Below, in pieces: positions 27,068 through 35,577 of a stretch of 64,000 nucleotides of DNA (its first letter is position 1; each line of letters starts with the position of its first letter). Source of the DNA: Dehalococcoidia bacterium (lineage in GTDB: Bacteria > Chloroflexota > Dehalococcoidia > Lucifugimonadales > Australimonadaceae); assembly GCA_963579135.1 (NCBI GenBank), contig CAUZFB010000007.1:6337-70336 (forward strand). Reading direction: 5' to 3'. The position numbers and the translations under genes were made by a program. A model generated the notes under the pieces. The model ran no database searches and was not told the DNA's origin. It saw nothing but the letters and a program-made list of their open reading frames with translations.

Positions 27068-28285
27068 ATGAAGAGCCCTGTACGTCTGTTAACTCTCATG
27101 GCGTTGTCCGTCACCGCCGCCGCCTTGCTTGCGGCTTGCGGCTCGGACCCGACGCCCACCCCACGGCCCGCACCGACCAGCACTCCGGTCCCGCCAGCGA
27201 CCGCGACGCCGACGGCGACGCTGGCCCCTGGCGTCCCGACCCCCACCCCACGGCCGGCGACACCGACGCCAGCGCCGACCCCAACACCTTCGTTCGACGG
27301 TGACACCTACTTCACCGACCAGACGATTAAGATGATTACCGGCACCAGCCCCGGTGGCGGATACGACACGATGCTGCGCATCTTCGGTAAGATTGCACCC
27401 AAACACTTCCCAACGGTCAAGCGATTCGTCGTACAGAACATCCCTGGTGCAGGGCAGTTGCGCGGACTTCAGGAAGTTTTGAAATCTGACCCAGACGGCT
27501 TCACCGTCGGCCCGACTCACCAACGCTGGTTCATCCAGCAAGCCATTTACGGCAACGTGGAAGGCCTCGATTTCCACGGTCTTGAGATCGTTGGCTCGCC
27601 AACCTTCAGGCCCAATCCCTCGATGTTCTGCGCCGAGCGCAGCGTTGCGGCGTCCTGGCAGGAAGTACTGGACAAGGGGATTACGCTCACAACTGGCCAA
27701 ACCGCCCCTGGTAATTCCCCTGGCGCTGAATTCGTGGAGCTTATCGGTGGCCCCATCAAGAACGTCTACGGCTACGGTGGTTCTGCTGAGGTCATGGCGG
27801 CATTCGACCGCAACGAAATCAATGCTGTGTGGAGCTGCGGCCCCGAGCTGGCCGGTCGCCTCTTCCCGGAATGGATCGAAGAAAGCCGCCTCGCCCCCTT
27901 GTTCTGGTGGGAGCAGCAGCATTCCGATGAGTGGATGGCCCAACTGGGCTCTAGCAACGCTGAAGTTCCCCACATCTTTGACATCGGTGGAGTGGAGTGG
28001 TCGGACGTTAACAAGCAGGCCCTGTCCAGCTGGATCAACATCGCCACCATCTCCCGCACGTTCCTGCTGCCCCCCGGCACTGACCCGAACGTCGCGGACT
28101 ACTGGCGTGCAAAGTTCAAGGCTACCGTCGAGGACCCCGAGTTCATCGAGGCAGCAGGCGTTGCCGGGTACTCTGAGGAGTACGGTTACGCGGGCGGCCC
28201 CGAGATCAAGGCATCCCTCCTCGCGCTCGGCAGCCTGCCAGCCGAGATCAAGGAGATTCTTAAGGGCATCGCACCTTCGCAATAG
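27068..28285 (+). CDS. extracytoplasmic solute-binding lipoprotein (Bug/TctC-like, tentative)
   Basis: Signal peptide plus lipobox LLAAC-GS, a ~50-aa Pro/Thr linker, then TGTSPGGGYDTMLRIFGK, which resembles the PxGGxxD motif of Bug/TctC binding proteins. GGAGGA SD lies before ATG 27068. Confidence 0.75.
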   Translation: MKSPVRLLTLMALSVTAAALLAACGSDPTPTPRPAPTSTPVPPATATPTATLAPGVPTPTPRPATPTPAPTPTPSFDGDTYFTDQTIKMITGTSPGGGYDTMLRIFGKIAPKHFPTVKRFVVQNIPGAGQLRGLQEVLKSDPDGFTVGPTHQRWFIQQAIYGNVEGLDFHGLEIVGSPTFRPNPSMFCAERSVAASWQEVLDKGITLTTGQTAPGNSPGAEFVELIGGPIKNVYGYGGSAEVMAAFDRNEINAVWSCGPELAGRLFPEWIEESRLAPLFWWEQQHSDEWMAQLGSSNAEVPHIFDIGGVEWSDVNKQALSSWINIATISRTFLLPPGTDPNVADYWRAKFKATVEDPEFIEAAGVAGYSEEYGYAGGPEIKASLLALGSLPAEIKEILKGIAPSQ

Positions 28286-28312
28286 CCCCTGACTGACTCG
28301 AAACAGTAACGA

Positions 28313-28340
28313 AGAGGCCCGCCAAATTTGGCGGGCCTCT
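28313..28340 (+). terminator. intrinsic terminator
   Basis: AGAGGCCCGCC / AAATTT / GGCGGGCCTCT followed by TTGCGTTT. Confidence 0.75.
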
Positions 28341-28399
28341 TTGCGTTTACCTATCGTTTGCCGACGTCGTAAGGTTTGAAAGGGCAAAACAGCGGTGAT

Positions 28400-29257
28400 C
28401 TATGGCTTGAGCAGCCGCTCGGCAACCCAATCAACAATCGTCGGGATCGTGGAGTCGTCCTCCTCGTGGGCGTTGTGGCCAACGCCAGGCAGGAAGATCG
28501 CACGACAACGCGGGCCTGCTCGCCGGGCGAACTCAAGTGACGCGTGGGGGTCGGTCACGGGATCGGCCTCGCCGTGGATCAGCAGCGCTGGCGTTCTCAG
28601 GAGACCTGCATGGCGTTCCGCCCAGATTCCCGCTTGCCGCGTCCGCATCAGCAATCGCAACGAAATCAAGTTGTGAAACAGCTCCGCGTTTCGCCGCAGG
28701 CCCACCTCCTCAAGGATCTCTTCACGATCGTTACTCGTGGAGAACGTCAAAGTTGGCCAAATCGGCTCCAGGATCGTTCCGAGCAACCGCTTGTACCACA
28801 CTAAATCATTGGTGAGCCGCAACCACGGCCCGGTGGCAACAACACCAGCCACATCAGGTTGGCGCCGGATCGCATGGTTCAGAACCAGGTTGCCACCAAG
28901 GCTCTGCCCGTAGAGGAAGCGCGGAACGTCCGGGTGCCGTTCGGCGGCGCCCGCGAGCAGGGCGTCCACATCATCGAGCAGCGCTCCGTACGATGGGGTG
29001 TGCCCCCGCTGGCCGCCGGATCGTCCGTGGCCACGCTGGTCAATAGCGATCAAGGCGACGCACTGATCCGCGAGCGCCTTGGCTACCTCTTCGTATTGCC
29101 CGCCGTGCTCACCAAGCCCGTGGAACACACACACCACGCCGAGCACTGCTTCTTCTGGGCACCACTCTCGTGCGAACAGGCCAAGCCCGTCCGCGGTCTC
29201 GATCTGAATGTCGGTCTCTTGCAAGCCATCATCCCCAGTCGCTAGTCGACCGATCAC
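28400..29257 (-). CDS. alpha/beta-fold hydrolase (lysophospholipase/meta-cleavage-product-hydrolase-like)
   Basis: HGLGEHGG oxyanion region, GQSLGG nucleophile elbow and C-terminal GVGHNAHEE histidine. GTG start. Confidence 0.88.
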   Translation of the reverse strand: MIGRLATGDDGLQETDIQIETADGLGLFAREWCPEEAVLGVVCVFHGLGEHGGQYEEVAKALADQCVALIAIDQRGHGRSGGQRGHTPSYGALLDDVDALLAGAAERHPDVPRFLYGQSLGGNLVLNHAIRRQPDVAGVVATGPWLRLTNDLVWYKRLLGTILEPIWPTLTFSTSNDREEILEEVGLRRNAELFHNLISLRLLMRTRQAGIWAERHAGLLRTPALLIHGEADPVTDPHASLEFARRAGPRCRAIFLPGVGHNAHEEDDSTIPTIVDWVAERLLKP

Positions 29258-29379
29258 TGGATGAAGTTTGCCACAGACGCCCGATCACGAGTACGTCAAA
29301 CGGAGCGTCGACGACAGTTCGAATATCACAGGCAGACGTAGTACACTGCCGCCCACTCATACCGTGGAGGGAGAGCATC

Positions 29380-30648
29380 ATGCTTTCGACCGCTGACAAT
29401 GAACTGATTACACGTGTCGGGCCAGGCACACCTATGGGCGACGTGCTACGCCGTTATTGGATGCCAATCCTGCTCGACTGGGAGCTTCCAGGGCCAGACT
29501 GCGACCCGGTTCGCGTCAAGATCCTTGGCGAGAACCTTGTCGCCTTCAAGGACACGGAGGGCCGCATCGGTTTGCTCGCGAACGAGTGCCCCCACCGCAG
29601 GGTGAGCTTGTACTTCGGCCGTAACGAGGAAGGCGGGCTTCGCTGCGTCTACCACGGTTGGAAGTTTGACGTGACCGGCCAATGCGTCGACCAGCCCAAC
29701 GAGCCGGAATCCAGCCGCTTCGGCCAGAAGGTGAAGACGCCTGCTTACCAGACGGTCGTGCGAGGCAACGTCATCTGGGCGTTCCTAGGCCCGAAGGACC
29801 AAACGCCGCCCGCGCCAGACTTCGACTGGACGGCCGTTCCGGACACGCACCGAGGCGTGACCAAGATTTGGCAAGAGTGCAACTACGTACAGGCGCTGGA
29901 GGGCGGGATTGACACGTCGCACTCGTCGTTCCTGCACAACAACAACCTGTCGGACAAGACTCTCCTACGATCACGCTCAACGGCGCCAGTCATAGGCGTA
30001 GCGAACACTGATTACGGTTACACTTACAGCTCCGTTCGCCACCTCAGCCAGGAGGAGGGTGACTTCGTCCGGACCTACCATTACGTTATGCCGTTCCATC
30101 AGCTGCGCGCCAACCAGGTTGGCCGAAGCGGCGGCTACAACATGCCAAAGGTGGCGGGTCACTGCTGGGTGCCCATCGACGATGAAAACACGATGGTCTT
30201 CAACTGGACCTACACGTGGGGTGACGAACCGCTTAGCGAAGACGACCGCACGCTGAGGGGGACAGGAAATGAGCTCTACGTGGACATTGATGTGGAGAAC
30301 CAGTTCCGCTCGTTCCGGACACGCGCCAACGACTACTTACTGGATCGCGATGCCCAACGCTCCGATACCTTCAGCGGCATCTCAGGCGTCAACACGCAGG
30401 ACCGCGCGCTCCAAGAGACGATGGGCATCATCGCCGATCGCTCCAAGGAACGATTGGGTACGTCAGACCGCGCGATCATCATGATGCGCAAGCTGCTGAT
30501 CGAGGCGGTGAAGGTCGTCGCCGACGGCGGCACGCCCCGCGGGGCACGCGATGAGTACTACGGGGTACGGGCGATTGACGCAATCCTGCCTGCAGGCACG
30601 GGATGGGAGACGCTGAAGCCCAAGATGTACACGGTCGGCACCCACTAG
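29380..30648 (+). CDS. Rieske oxygenase alpha subunit, phthalate 4,5-dioxygenase-like
   Basis: MLSTADNELITRVGPGTPMGDVLRRYWMP...CPHRRVSLYFGRNEEGGLRCVYHGWKFD, with Fe motif GGIDTSHSSFLH. GGAGGGAG SD lies before ATG 29380. The 70-codon upstream extension in the track has no homology support. Confidence 0.94.
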   Translation: MLSTADNELITRVGPGTPMGDVLRRYWMPILLDWELPGPDCDPVRVKILGENLVAFKDTEGRIGLLANECPHRRVSLYFGRNEEGGLRCVYHGWKFDVTGQCVDQPNEPESSRFGQKVKTPAYQTVVRGNVIWAFLGPKDQTPPAPDFDWTAVPDTHRGVTKIWQECNYVQALEGGIDTSHSSFLHNNNLSDKTLLRSRSTAPVIGVANTDYGYTYSSVRHLSQEEGDFVRTYHYVMPFHQLRANQVGRSGGYNMPKVAGHCWVPIDDENTMVFNWTYTWGDEPLSEDDRTLRGTGNELYVDIDVENQFRSFRTRANDYLLDRDAQRSDTFSGISGVNTQDRALQETMGIIADRSKERLGTSDRAIIMMRKLLIEAVKVVADGGTPRGARDEYYGVRAIDAILPAGTGWETLKPKMYTVGTH

Positions 30649-30676
30649 CCGAACCGGCGCACACCAAGACCGACAC

Positions 30677-30707
30677 AAAGGGCGCGGGGTTTCACCCCGC
30701 GCCCTTT
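30677..30707 (+). terminator. intrinsic terminator
   Basis: AAAGGGCGCGGGG / TTTCA / CCCCGCGCCCTTT followed by the T-rich CTTCTTCTTTTATTTG. Confidence 0.8.
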
Positions 30708-30767
30708 CTTCTTCTTTTATTTGTTCAGACTAGCAGCGCTCTGGCCGTTTGCTGCGCCAGAGGGCCG

Positions 30768-31751
30768 CTAGTCCCAATAGGCGAAGGCCCACCCGCCACC
30801 GGTGCTTGCCGGGGAGCGGTAGCACGGGACGTACTCGACCAACTTCATGTTCTTGTCTTGGACCATGGCGGACATGGTAATCCAGTTACGGATTTCCGAA
30901 TTACCAGCATTGAGCAGTTCGGTCGGCAAGGTCTTGAGATGCTCGTGGTCTTTCTCGGCAAGGGCCTTGATCACACCACGGTCTAGATTCTCGTCTACGA
31001 CGAAGTGGCTGAGTCCGCCTGAGGCGAGTACACAAACCTTGGCGTTGCTGTCCCAGGACTCGATGGCACCACGCACTGATTCGCCGAAGTCGAAGCAGCG
31101 CTCGGGCAACGGCTGGTTGGGTGGATAGAACGTATTCTGGACGATGGGCACGATGGGCGTGGGCTTGCCGTCGAGGAGCCTGCGGCGAACGAAGCCAAAG
31201 GCGTGCCCCTCACCTCGCTCGTTGGGCAACACTTTGGAGTGGGCCACGTCAAACTTGTCGGCGACGGCTGTCTTTATGATGTGCAGGCCGAGATCAGCCT
31301 GCGCAGGGAATTCGCGCTCGTCCTCGAACTCGTTACCCCATGCGGCGAGGGCGATGTCCGGGGGCATACGGCTGTGGTCGCGGTTCTTGTTCCAGATGGT
31401 CTCGCCCCAGTACACCAACATGGCGGGCATGTTGTCGTCATGGAAGAGTTCTTTTTGGTCGTCGCCAACGGCGACGATGACATCAGGATTGACCTCAGCG
31501 AGGATCCTGCCTAGCTCAGCGATCCCCCGCTGGTTGGCCTCGTGCTTAGCCATCCAAGCATCAGGCGTCAGCTCAGCCTCGATCTTGGGGTCGGTCATCT
31601 CGACAAGCTCGTCGTAGGTGTGGGGTTTGCCATCCCACGCCCACAATGAGCCATTCTTGAGATCTCGCTGCACATGCTGCGGCCAGATCTTCGGATTTGT
31701 GTTCAGCATCGGGCTGTGCGATGTTGCGATTCCTAGAGCGATTTCCGCCAT
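30768..31751 (-). CDS. class III (LigB-type) extradiol ring-cleavage dioxygenase
   Basis: MAEIALGIATSHSPML N-terminus and ASGGLSHF motif; size about 327 aa. ATG 31749-31751 is preceded by GGAGAGAAGGA. Confidence 0.85.
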   Translation of the reverse strand: MAEIALGIATSHSPMLNTNPKIWPQHVQRDLKNGSLWAWDGKPHTYDELVEMTDPKIEAELTPDAWMAKHEANQRGIAELGRILAEVNPDVIVAVGDDQKELFHDDNMPAMLVYWGETIWNKNRDHSRMPPDIALAAWGNEFEDEREFPAQADLGLHIIKTAVADKFDVAHSKVLPNERGEGHAFGFVRRRLLDGKPTPIVPIVQNTFYPPNQPLPERCFDFGESVRGAIESWDSNAKVCVLASGGLSHFVVDENLDRGVIKALAEKDHEHLKTLPTELLNAGNSEIRNWITMSAMVQDKNMKLVEYVPCYRSPASTGGGWAFAYWD

Positions 31752-31820
31752 GTCTGTCCTTCTCTCCAACCGGGTCGGCCCATACTTAGGTTCAGGGTGC
31801 GAGCCTAGCACATCGTCTGG

Positions 31821-33155
31821 CTACGGGCTCATGGAAATAACTGCGGACGGAGGGCTTTTGAGGGGAGTGGCCAGCAGGAAGGCCAGGAACGAGACCACGA
31901 ACACTCCGGCGAAGAAGTAGAACGCCAGGTCGAACTCTCCACGAGTGTCTCGGAAGTAGGCGGCGAGGAGCGGACCAAGCGGGTTGACGATCGCCATGAT
32001 GGGTGCCGCGAAGCCCCTGATGGAGCCGAAGTTTCGCCTGCCGAAGTAGTTGGCGAACAACATTCTGCTCACGACCGTCCAAGCTCCGATGGCGATGCCG
32101 TACGTAAACCCGAACAACGCCGCTATGGCGAACGAGTCAGCGACCGCAATGAGGAGCATGGCGCCCGCGAGCATGGAGGTGGCGACGAGTCCTATCGTGC
32201 GGACATGGAATCGCTCCATGGCGAAGCCCCACGGCAGCACGGTGAGCATGGACGCACCGGCGAAGATCGTGGTAATCGTGCCCGCTTGCAGGAGGGATAG
32301 ACCACGGTCCTGCAGGTGCGCGGCGGCATGGAGGTTGGTCGCGTTCAGACAGAGCACTACCCCACCTTGGGCAAGGATCAGCAGCCAGAGCGCGCGTGTC
32401 CTCTTGGCCTGGCTAAGGGTCCAGGACGATTCAACCAGCTCCGCCGCTTGCTCCGCCCCACGACCGTCGTCGGGCGGAGCCGTGGCGCCGTCAGGCAACA
32501 GGCCGTAGTCCTCAGGCCTGCGGCGGTAGAGCGCCGCGCTGGGCAACACTTGGAGCAGCACAACCACCACTGCGAGCACAATCCATGCCTCACGCCAACT
32601 GGTGAGCGCCATGATGCCCACCAGCGGTAGTGGCATGATGAACTGTCCGCCCCGTTGGCCAATGCCGAGCAGGCCGACGACGCGTCCACGCTTACGCACG
32701 AACCAGGAGGCAAGGCCGACCAACGTCGCAAGCTGGGCGCCGGAGGCTGCCGTGGCACGCGCGATGCCGAACAACACCCACCAGTGCCAAGGCTCGTTCA
32801 TCTCCGCGATCCCGACCATGGCCATCGCGATGATGATCCCCGCGACCACTGAGACCAACCGAGGGCCGCGGCTGTCGAGCACTCGGCCTACGATGGACGA
32901 GAGGAAGCCGCCCGCGACGGAACCAATGACGAAAGCGATGGAGATGTCGGTCGCCGACCAGCCGAGGTCGTCGCGCATGGGTTGATTGAAGACGCCAACT
33001 ATGGGGCCCTGGGTCGGCACCATCGCGAACGAGGAGAAAGCGCCCGCCGACAGCACGGCCCAGCCATAGTAGGTGTTTCGGAACGGCCAGAAACGAGAGA
33101 TTCGAGGTTGTGAGGTGTTGGGTGATGACATGCGGGCCGCTCTGGGCCATCGCAC
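31821..33155 (-). CDS. MFS transporter
   Basis: 444 aa with a 12-TM-like hydrophobicity pattern and an MFS loop motif GRVLDSRGPR. The start may be the Met at 33131. Confidence 0.88.
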   Translation of the reverse strand: MRWPRAARMSSPNTSQPRISRFWPFRNTYYGWAVLSAGAFSSFAMVPTQGPIVGVFNQPMRDDLGWSATDISIAFVIGSVAGGFLSSIVGRVLDSRGPRLVSVVAGIIIAMAMVGIAEMNEPWHWWVLFGIARATAASGAQLATLVGLASWFVRKRGRVVGLLGIGQRGGQFIMPLPLVGIMALTSWREAWIVLAVVVVLLQVLPSAALYRRRPEDYGLLPDGATAPPDDGRGAEQAAELVESSWTLSQAKRTRALWLLILAQGGVVLCLNATNLHAAAHLQDRGLSLLQAGTITTIFAGASMLTVLPWGFAMERFHVRTIGLVATSMLAGAMLLIAVADSFAIAALFGFTYGIAIGAWTVVSRMLFANYFGRRNFGSIRGFAAPIMAIVNPLGPLLAAYFRDTRGEFDLAFYFFAGVFVVSFLAFLLATPLKSPPSAVISMSP

Positions 33156-33178
33156 GATATCACGTTTACGAGCGGAAG

Positions 33179-33424
33179 CTAGCGGACGGTTTCGTGGCCG
33201 CCCTCCACGCCGCGCTGAGCGAGGACCAGATGCCAGAGTTCCGTGGTGTTAATCTCCGGGAGCCCTGCGCTAATCAGCCCAGTGAGCACCGCGCCCAGCC
33301 CGCACAGCGAGAGCCCCACGCACCTGTCGCCGATAACGTAGGTGTATTCCTGGCCGTCACGATTGCGGGTGACCGTGGCAGGTGCGCCGTTGGTGGCGAA
33401 CGCCGGGGTAGCACTCTGCCGCAT
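33179..33424 (-). CDS. hypothetical protein (81 aa; possibly a gene fragment)
   Basis: In this frame third-position GC is higher than first-position GC by hand count over about 58 codons, unlike the co-aligned plus-strand ORF. I recognise no family. The start could be farther upstream (track ORF reaches 33595). Confidence 0.3.
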   Translation of the reverse strand: MRQSATPAFATNGAPATVTRNRDGQEYTYVIGDRCVGLSLCGLGAVLTGLISAGLPEINTTELWHLVLAQRGVEGGHETVR

Positions 33425-33632
33425 ACAGAGCGACGACCGCAGGAAAGTCAGCGCCAGGGAGGCACCATAGTGCCGCCGAAAATGAGATGTTGCGTGCCGG
33501 AGAACTCGGAGTCGCTGGCTCAACAGGGGAGCGTTAGCCCCCAGAGATGTAGACGAGCTACGTCCTCGCACGAGGGGGGGGGCGCCGGGCCGCATTGCAA
33601 GCGCGGGGACCTGATGACCGCGGGCTGGAGGG

Positions 33633-33743
33633 CTATTCGCTGCCCTTGGTGCCCTTCTTCGCTTGCTTCGCCGCGCGCTTCTCCTTGAGGGATTTCGTCG
33701 CGGTGGTCTTCGTTGCCTTTTTCGAGTCTTGGCTTTTGGCCAT
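33633..33743 (-). CDS. hypothetical small lysine-rich protein (36 aa)
   Basis: MAKSQDSKKATKTTATKSLKEKRAAKQAKKGTKGSE, with GGAG about 9 nt upstream of the ATG. Below the track cutoff. Confidence 0.4.
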   Translation of the reverse strand: MAKSQDSKKATKTTATKSLKEKRAAKQAKKGTKGSE

Positions 33744-33960
33744 GGTGGGCGCTCCGTTGGGGTCGTTTGCTTAATTATATGGTTCGCGCACGGCGTGTGG
33801 CATAGGAACGGAGTGCGAGGTTGGACCGATGGGGTGCGCGGGGTTGGGCCGGGGGAGAGCAGGCGTCAGCGGCCCGCGAGGACTGGCCCACGAGGGTACC
33901 AGGGTTTAGCAGTCGCGAACCGCGCGCCCGCACGGCATAGCTGCGGCCCGTCCCCGCGCC

Positions 33961-35097
33961 TTACGTCGGTTGCCAGAGGCGGGGAATGAACTCGGCCATT
34001 TGCGACTGAGCTCCAACCTTGCCGAGGGTATCAACGAACCAGTCGTGGATGAGAGGGGCTTCGTCTTCGTACTCTATCTGGGTGCCGCCCTGCTTGACGC
34101 TGACGTCCATCTCACCTTCCATGGCGGCCCCAAGGCTGAAGCGGAACTGCTGACTGTTCCACCTAAACGCCAGGTAGCGGGCAGGCTCGTTTCCGCCGTT
34201 GAAGTGCTGGTGGAACCAGTTGTTGGGCGGCACCACCATCGCTCCGACTCCCCAGTCGACGCGCTCCATGCGGTCGTCGGTGCCACCATCCTCTGGCCAA
34301 AGCAACGAGTAACCAACGCCGCTGATGATTATGACGTGCGCGCCAGGACCATGACGGTGGGCCTTCTTGTACGTGCCCACGGGGAATTGCGATACGTGAG
34401 CCGCTTGCGTATTGCTCGCGAGCTCGAAGTTGACGGTCGCACCGCCAGCGCCACGCTCTTTCCACTCGTACGTGATGAACGTCTCGATGTCAGGGATGAA
34501 GTTAGTCTCCCAGGCGTACGTGCGGCCGGCATAGCCCAGGTACATCTTCCCTTCGCCTTGGTACTGCTTCGCCCCGCCGACCCGGTCCTCAAACACGAAA
34601 GGGTTCGCGAATACGAAGTCGTCGTTGTGAAAGTAGTTCATGACCAGCGGCGCTGTGGTCACGGCGACGAACCGGGCGGGCTCCGAGCCGCTGCCGTTCA
34701 TGTGTTGGTGCCAGGTGTTGATGGGGATCGAGAAGACGCTGCCCTTCTTCCACTCGAAACTCGTCCTGCTGTTGGGGTCGTCGCCAACGAGGGTGGCACC
34801 CCGGCCTTCGAGCACATAGATGTTCTTCTCGAACAGGTGGCGCTCGGGGGTCATTTTTTTACCAGGCTCGATTTCTGCAACGTACGAATCGTTAGTTTCG
34901 CCCGTGCCGTCGAGGTTGATGTACGTTCCCAGGCAATCGAGTCGCGCCCACGGCTTTACCTCGACCTGCCGCAGGTCTTGCACCGCAAAGCCACGGATGA
35001 TGGGAATACCCTCGCGCGATTGAAACGCTTCGTAGGCACTGACGCGTACGAGCCGCTCGTGGTCGGGTTGGGTTTCGGGTTTCAATGATGTGGACAT
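33961..35097 (-). CDS. bicupin protein (gentisate/hydroxynaphthoate-dioxygenase-like, tentative)
   Basis: Two cupin barrels: IYVLEGRGATLV...WHQHMNGS and AHRHGPGAHVIIISGVG...WFHQHFNGG. ATG 35095-35097. Confidence 0.85.
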   Translation of the reverse strand: MSTSLKPETQPDHERLVRVSAYEAFQSREGIPIIRGFAVQDLRQVEVKPWARLDCLGTYINLDGTGETNDSYVAEIEPGKKMTPERHLFEKNIYVLEGRGATLVGDDPNSRTSFEWKKGSVFSIPINTWHQHMNGSGSEPARFVAVTTAPLVMNYFHNDDFVFANPFVFEDRVGGAKQYQGEGKMYLGYAGRTYAWETNFIPDIETFITYEWKERGAGGATVNFELASNTQAAHVSQFPVGTYKKAHRHGPGAHVIIISGVGYSLLWPEDGGTDDRMERVDWGVGAMVVPPNNWFHQHFNGGNEPARYLAFRWNSQQFRFSLGAAMEGEMDVSVKQGGTQIEYEDEAPLIHDWFVDTLGKVGAQSQMAEFIPRLWQPT

Positions 35098-35205
35098 GTG
35101 CCCCCCTTGGACCTCTGCGTCACTGCCAATAAGCGAATGCTGTGCGCGTTCGCGCACACTCTACCGCCAAACCCACGCCCCGGCTATAGGTGTCGGCGAT
35201 CATCA

Positions 35206-35544
35206 CTAGCGGCCCTTGGTGTTGGAGAGTTGCATGAGCAACAGGTCGTCGCCGTCGACGGCGACGGCGTAGACGGCGATAGACATCGTGAATTGGTTGA
35301 TGCACTGGCCTATGGCCAGGTCGAAGATGTAGCCGTGCACGGGGCATTTGATGTTCTTGCCGTACATCATGCCCTCGCCCATGTCTCCCTCCTCGTGCGG
35401 GCACCAACGATCGACAGCGCGGTAGCCGTCGTCCTGCTTGAGGATGACGATCTCCTGGCCCTCCGCGACGGCGGTGGCGATGCCTGACTGGGAAAGTCCG
35501 TCGGGGAATGGGATTCGAACGGGCTGGTTGGTGCGCTCAAGCAT
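35206..35544 (-). CDS. small Rieske [2Fe-2S] protein (NirD/ferredoxin-like)
   Basis: 112 aa with CPHEEGDMGEGMMYGKNIKCPVH, i.e. C-x-H-x16-C-x2-H. Confidence 0.88.
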   Translation of the reverse strand: MLERTNQPVRIPFPDGLSQSGIATAVAEGQEIVILKQDDGYRAVDRWCPHEEGDMGEGMMYGKNIKCPVHGYIFDLAIGQCINQFTMSIAVYAVAVDGDDLLLMQLSNTKGR

Positions 35545-35577
35545 GCGGCGAAAACACGTCTCGTTGAAGATTGGGGC

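Noticed and set aside
27089-28387. 432-aa minus-strand ORF opposite the solute-binding lipoprotein
   Set aside because: It is an Arg/Gly-rich shadow ORF. The plus strand has a signal peptide, lipobox, SD and terminator.
29170-29379. Long N-terminal extensions of track ORFs (29170, 37121, 45495-46406, 2380, 17961, 31811, 35157, 48321)
   Set aside because: The extensions lack homology to paralogs, overlap upstream genes or intergenic repeats, and internal starts have good SD sequences. I trimmed to the supported starts.
33436-33452. RNase P RNA-like GGAAAGTC string in the 33.2-33.9 kb gap
   Set aside because: Only a 7-8-nt resemblance exists. The flanking sequence does not match the conserved GAGGAAAGUCCGGGC context or any P4 pairing partner.
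33970-35088. 372-aa plus-strand ORF opposite the bicupin gene
   Set aside because: It has no motifs, while the minus strand shows two cupin metal sites and a proper SD and start.
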